64,000 nt of DNA, taken from the NCBI GenBank assembly GCA_051362555.1, contig CM120640.1, forward strand, positions 68,984,788 to 69,048,787. The letters are read 5' to 3'. This document shows positions 63,001 through 64,000 of the stretch, in pieces (position 1 is the stretch's first letter; each line of letters opens with the position of its first letter). Position numbers and translations under genes: made by a program. Below the pieces are notes generated by a model. That model was given only the letters and a program-made list of their open reading frames with translations, had not been told where the DNA came from and did not search any database. Source of the stretch: Lingula anatina (Eukaryota; Animalia; Brachiopoda).

Positions 63001-63578
63001 AACATGATACACAGGTAAAAAATTGGTCAAGGGAAATCAAATACATTACTCAAAATCTAATGAAAACACAGACTAATACCCCCTCGAAAGCAGAAGTAAA
63101 GAACGCACTGGAAAGTCATTATACCCTTTTGTTTCTCAAAGAAATAGAGCGAGAAAACAGCATACTACGTACATATCGATTATTTAAAACAAATTATGAA
63201 AGGGAAGCGTACACAACAGCACCTATACCAAAACATGAAATGCAAAATTTGGCAAAATTTAGAACAGGGGCACATGACTTAGAAATCCAAAGAGGCAGAT
63301 ACCGAAAACCAAAATCAATACCCCCTGAAGAAAGGATCTGCAAGTTATGCTCAGAGGAAGTGGAAAACGAAATACACTTTCTTTTAAAATGCCCCTTACT
63401 CACCAAACACAGGGAGATCCTAAAACCAGATCCTACACAAACCCCAGAGGGTCAGTTCAAATGCATAATGCAGTCAAATGATTTACAAGTTATAAAGAAT
63501 GTGGCCCACTATATCACAATGTGTAATAAGGAAAGAAAGAATATTCTCAACCAACCACCACCTAGTCAACCAAAGTAA
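60099..63578 (+). CDS. LINE ORF2: APE endonuclease, reverse transcriptase and C-terminal CCHC-like motif
   Basis: 1159 aa with no stops. APE: NVHGL, VETW, GRPSGG, GDFNSRT, VVDY, SDH. RT: QAGFR, FIDLKKAFDSV, GIRQGDSLSP, LYADD, YLG. C-terminus: CKLC..ENEIHFLLKC. Confidence 0.95.
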   Translation: MSQNLRIGMRNVHGLSEKLKDTYFVNTLSKYDIVGLVETWSSIRSNVNFPGSDYVHFHQIRNKKKLKGRPSGGIVVYYRKILMQGITRVDSSSEDLLWVRLTREFFGFERDIFVCFVYIKPQNSTSGTIEQSTYDVLEKEIALYSQKGDIMLAGDFNSRTHNMKEYIENDEVNRVPLPDTYTCDTRVKIRNNLDHKINPFGYSLVNLCISAQLRILNGRKQGDTLGYYTCHSNNGNSVVDYMVVGSDLFKSIKNFCVNPIDYISDHCLLECILEMKTKQGEKTQQHETTNIKSKFIWDKDSKVAFEEVFISAGITQKIIDYECTSFANNESGVNDAVNEFTNIMESAANRALKRRRSHVNKKSKHKMKQPWFDQDCNILRKESIGLGKKLRRDPFNMALKTSYHRATKEYKKLVKYKKKQMKNNILNNLLHMENKNPKEFWEIIGQLKGQMKSDSSEYIEPNTWYNYFKKLGESQNSQNDQNLHESLANLEKHLDQEQYKKLDYPITIKEIKSAIRGLKIRKSCGEDTISNEMLKTSAAFIAKSLAKLFNLILGSGKFPSLWNKGMIKPLLKSGDPLNPQNYRGICISSCLGKLFTSILNTRLLSYIEECESLSKEQAGFRPTYRTSDNMFILNSLINQFINKNNKLYACFIDLKKAFDSVWIEGLFLKVLKQKIGGNFYRTIKHMYQTTELCVKIGQRRTNYFKTDIGIRQGDSLSPMLFNIYIDDMKNIFNSTCDPVKVNANTTISHLLYADDLVILSKSAKGLQKSLDNLGDYCKKWKLTVNTNKTKVMVFSKSGKKPNMNFTIDHQTIEITHEYNYLGIKFKPNGSFKSALDDLKGKAMKAVFAVKQALQSTTHNMTQTHLKLFDVLIKPILMYGCEIWGPSITSKSIKSLKYMNTLPFEVVQNNYCKYILGVRRNASNIAAKAELGRFPITHDIIGHATSYWQRFSEMPKQRLAKTMYEYETKHDTQVKNWSREIKYITQNLMKTQTNTPSKAEVKNALESHYTLLFLKEIERENSILRTYRLFKTNYEREAYTTAPIPKHEMQNLAKFRTGAHDLEIQRGRYRKPKSIPPEERICKLCSEEVENEIHFLLKCPLLTKHREILKPDPTQTPEGQFKCIMQSNDLQVIKNVAHYITMCNKERKNILNQPPPSQPK

Positions 63579-63916
63579 CTGAGCGTATACTGCAATTGTA
63601 AAATCTGATCACAGTTATTGTATAAACAATATTGTAATTTACTATTGTAATTTTAGTTATATGATTATATAATGTATACTGTTAGGTCATAGTCATTGTA
63701 AAAAATGTACTTGAACCGCAATAAATAATAATAAATAATATGTAACTTGATGGAACACATCTTAGCAGGTGCTTGTTCCAGTAAAATTCTATCTGATAAC
63801 ATATTTATGCCCCATTTGCAGATTAATCAATCTTCTGTTTGTTTTCAGCAGCATATTGAATTGGCAATTGGTATTAAGTGGTAATTGGTAATTAGTATTT
63901 TGATGAAAAAAATGAG

Positions 63917-63986
63917 TATATAATATAATATAATATAATATAATATAATATAATATAATATAATATAATATAATATAATATAATAA
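63917..63986. repeat. (TATAA)n microsatellite
   Basis: Read directly from the sequence. Confidence 0.95.
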
Positions 63987-64000
63987 TTTAGGGGACAAAA

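Larger units (their letters stand above)
58569..63740 (+). mobile_element. RTEX-like LINE with SGNH-esterase ORF1 (probably 5'-truncated) and intact ORF2
   Basis: ORF1 58569-59600, ORF2 60099-63578; the 3'UTR ends in AATAAA plus an AAT-rich tail at about 63720-63740. The 5' boundary is approximate. Confidence 0.88.

Overview
AT-rich, intron-rich animal genomic DNA; a marine invertebrate such as a lophotrochozoan is inferred from TE types and gene content. I assembled five host genes by hand from GT-AG splice sites with consistent phases. (1) The 5' half of an ATP8B-type P4-ATPase flippase (- strand, runs off the left edge), with a pair of 99-nt mutually exclusive-type exons for the TM1-TM2 loop/TM2 and several candidate alternative first coding exons. 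(2) CFAP53 (-), head-to-head with (3) SKA1 (+). (4) A 23-exon, ~1213-aa secreted mosaic protein (+): signal peptide, PAN, EGF, then seven EAR/EPTP-like blades split 2+2+3 by two insertions (a 5-repeat vicinal-CC propeller plus a discoidin domain; an unnamed domain plus a discoidin domain), each inserted module bounded by phase-1 introns. (5) NUDT19 (-; intronless CDS ending in SKL). Mobile DNA includes an ~8.9-kb non-autonomous Helentron-like element with 161-bp satellite arrays and nested insertions, two RTEX-like LINEs (one with an intact ORF2) and several MITEs. The top candidates for novelty are the split-propeller lectin-like mosaic protein and the flippase entry-gate exon switch. No database searches were run; family assignments rest on recognised motifs.
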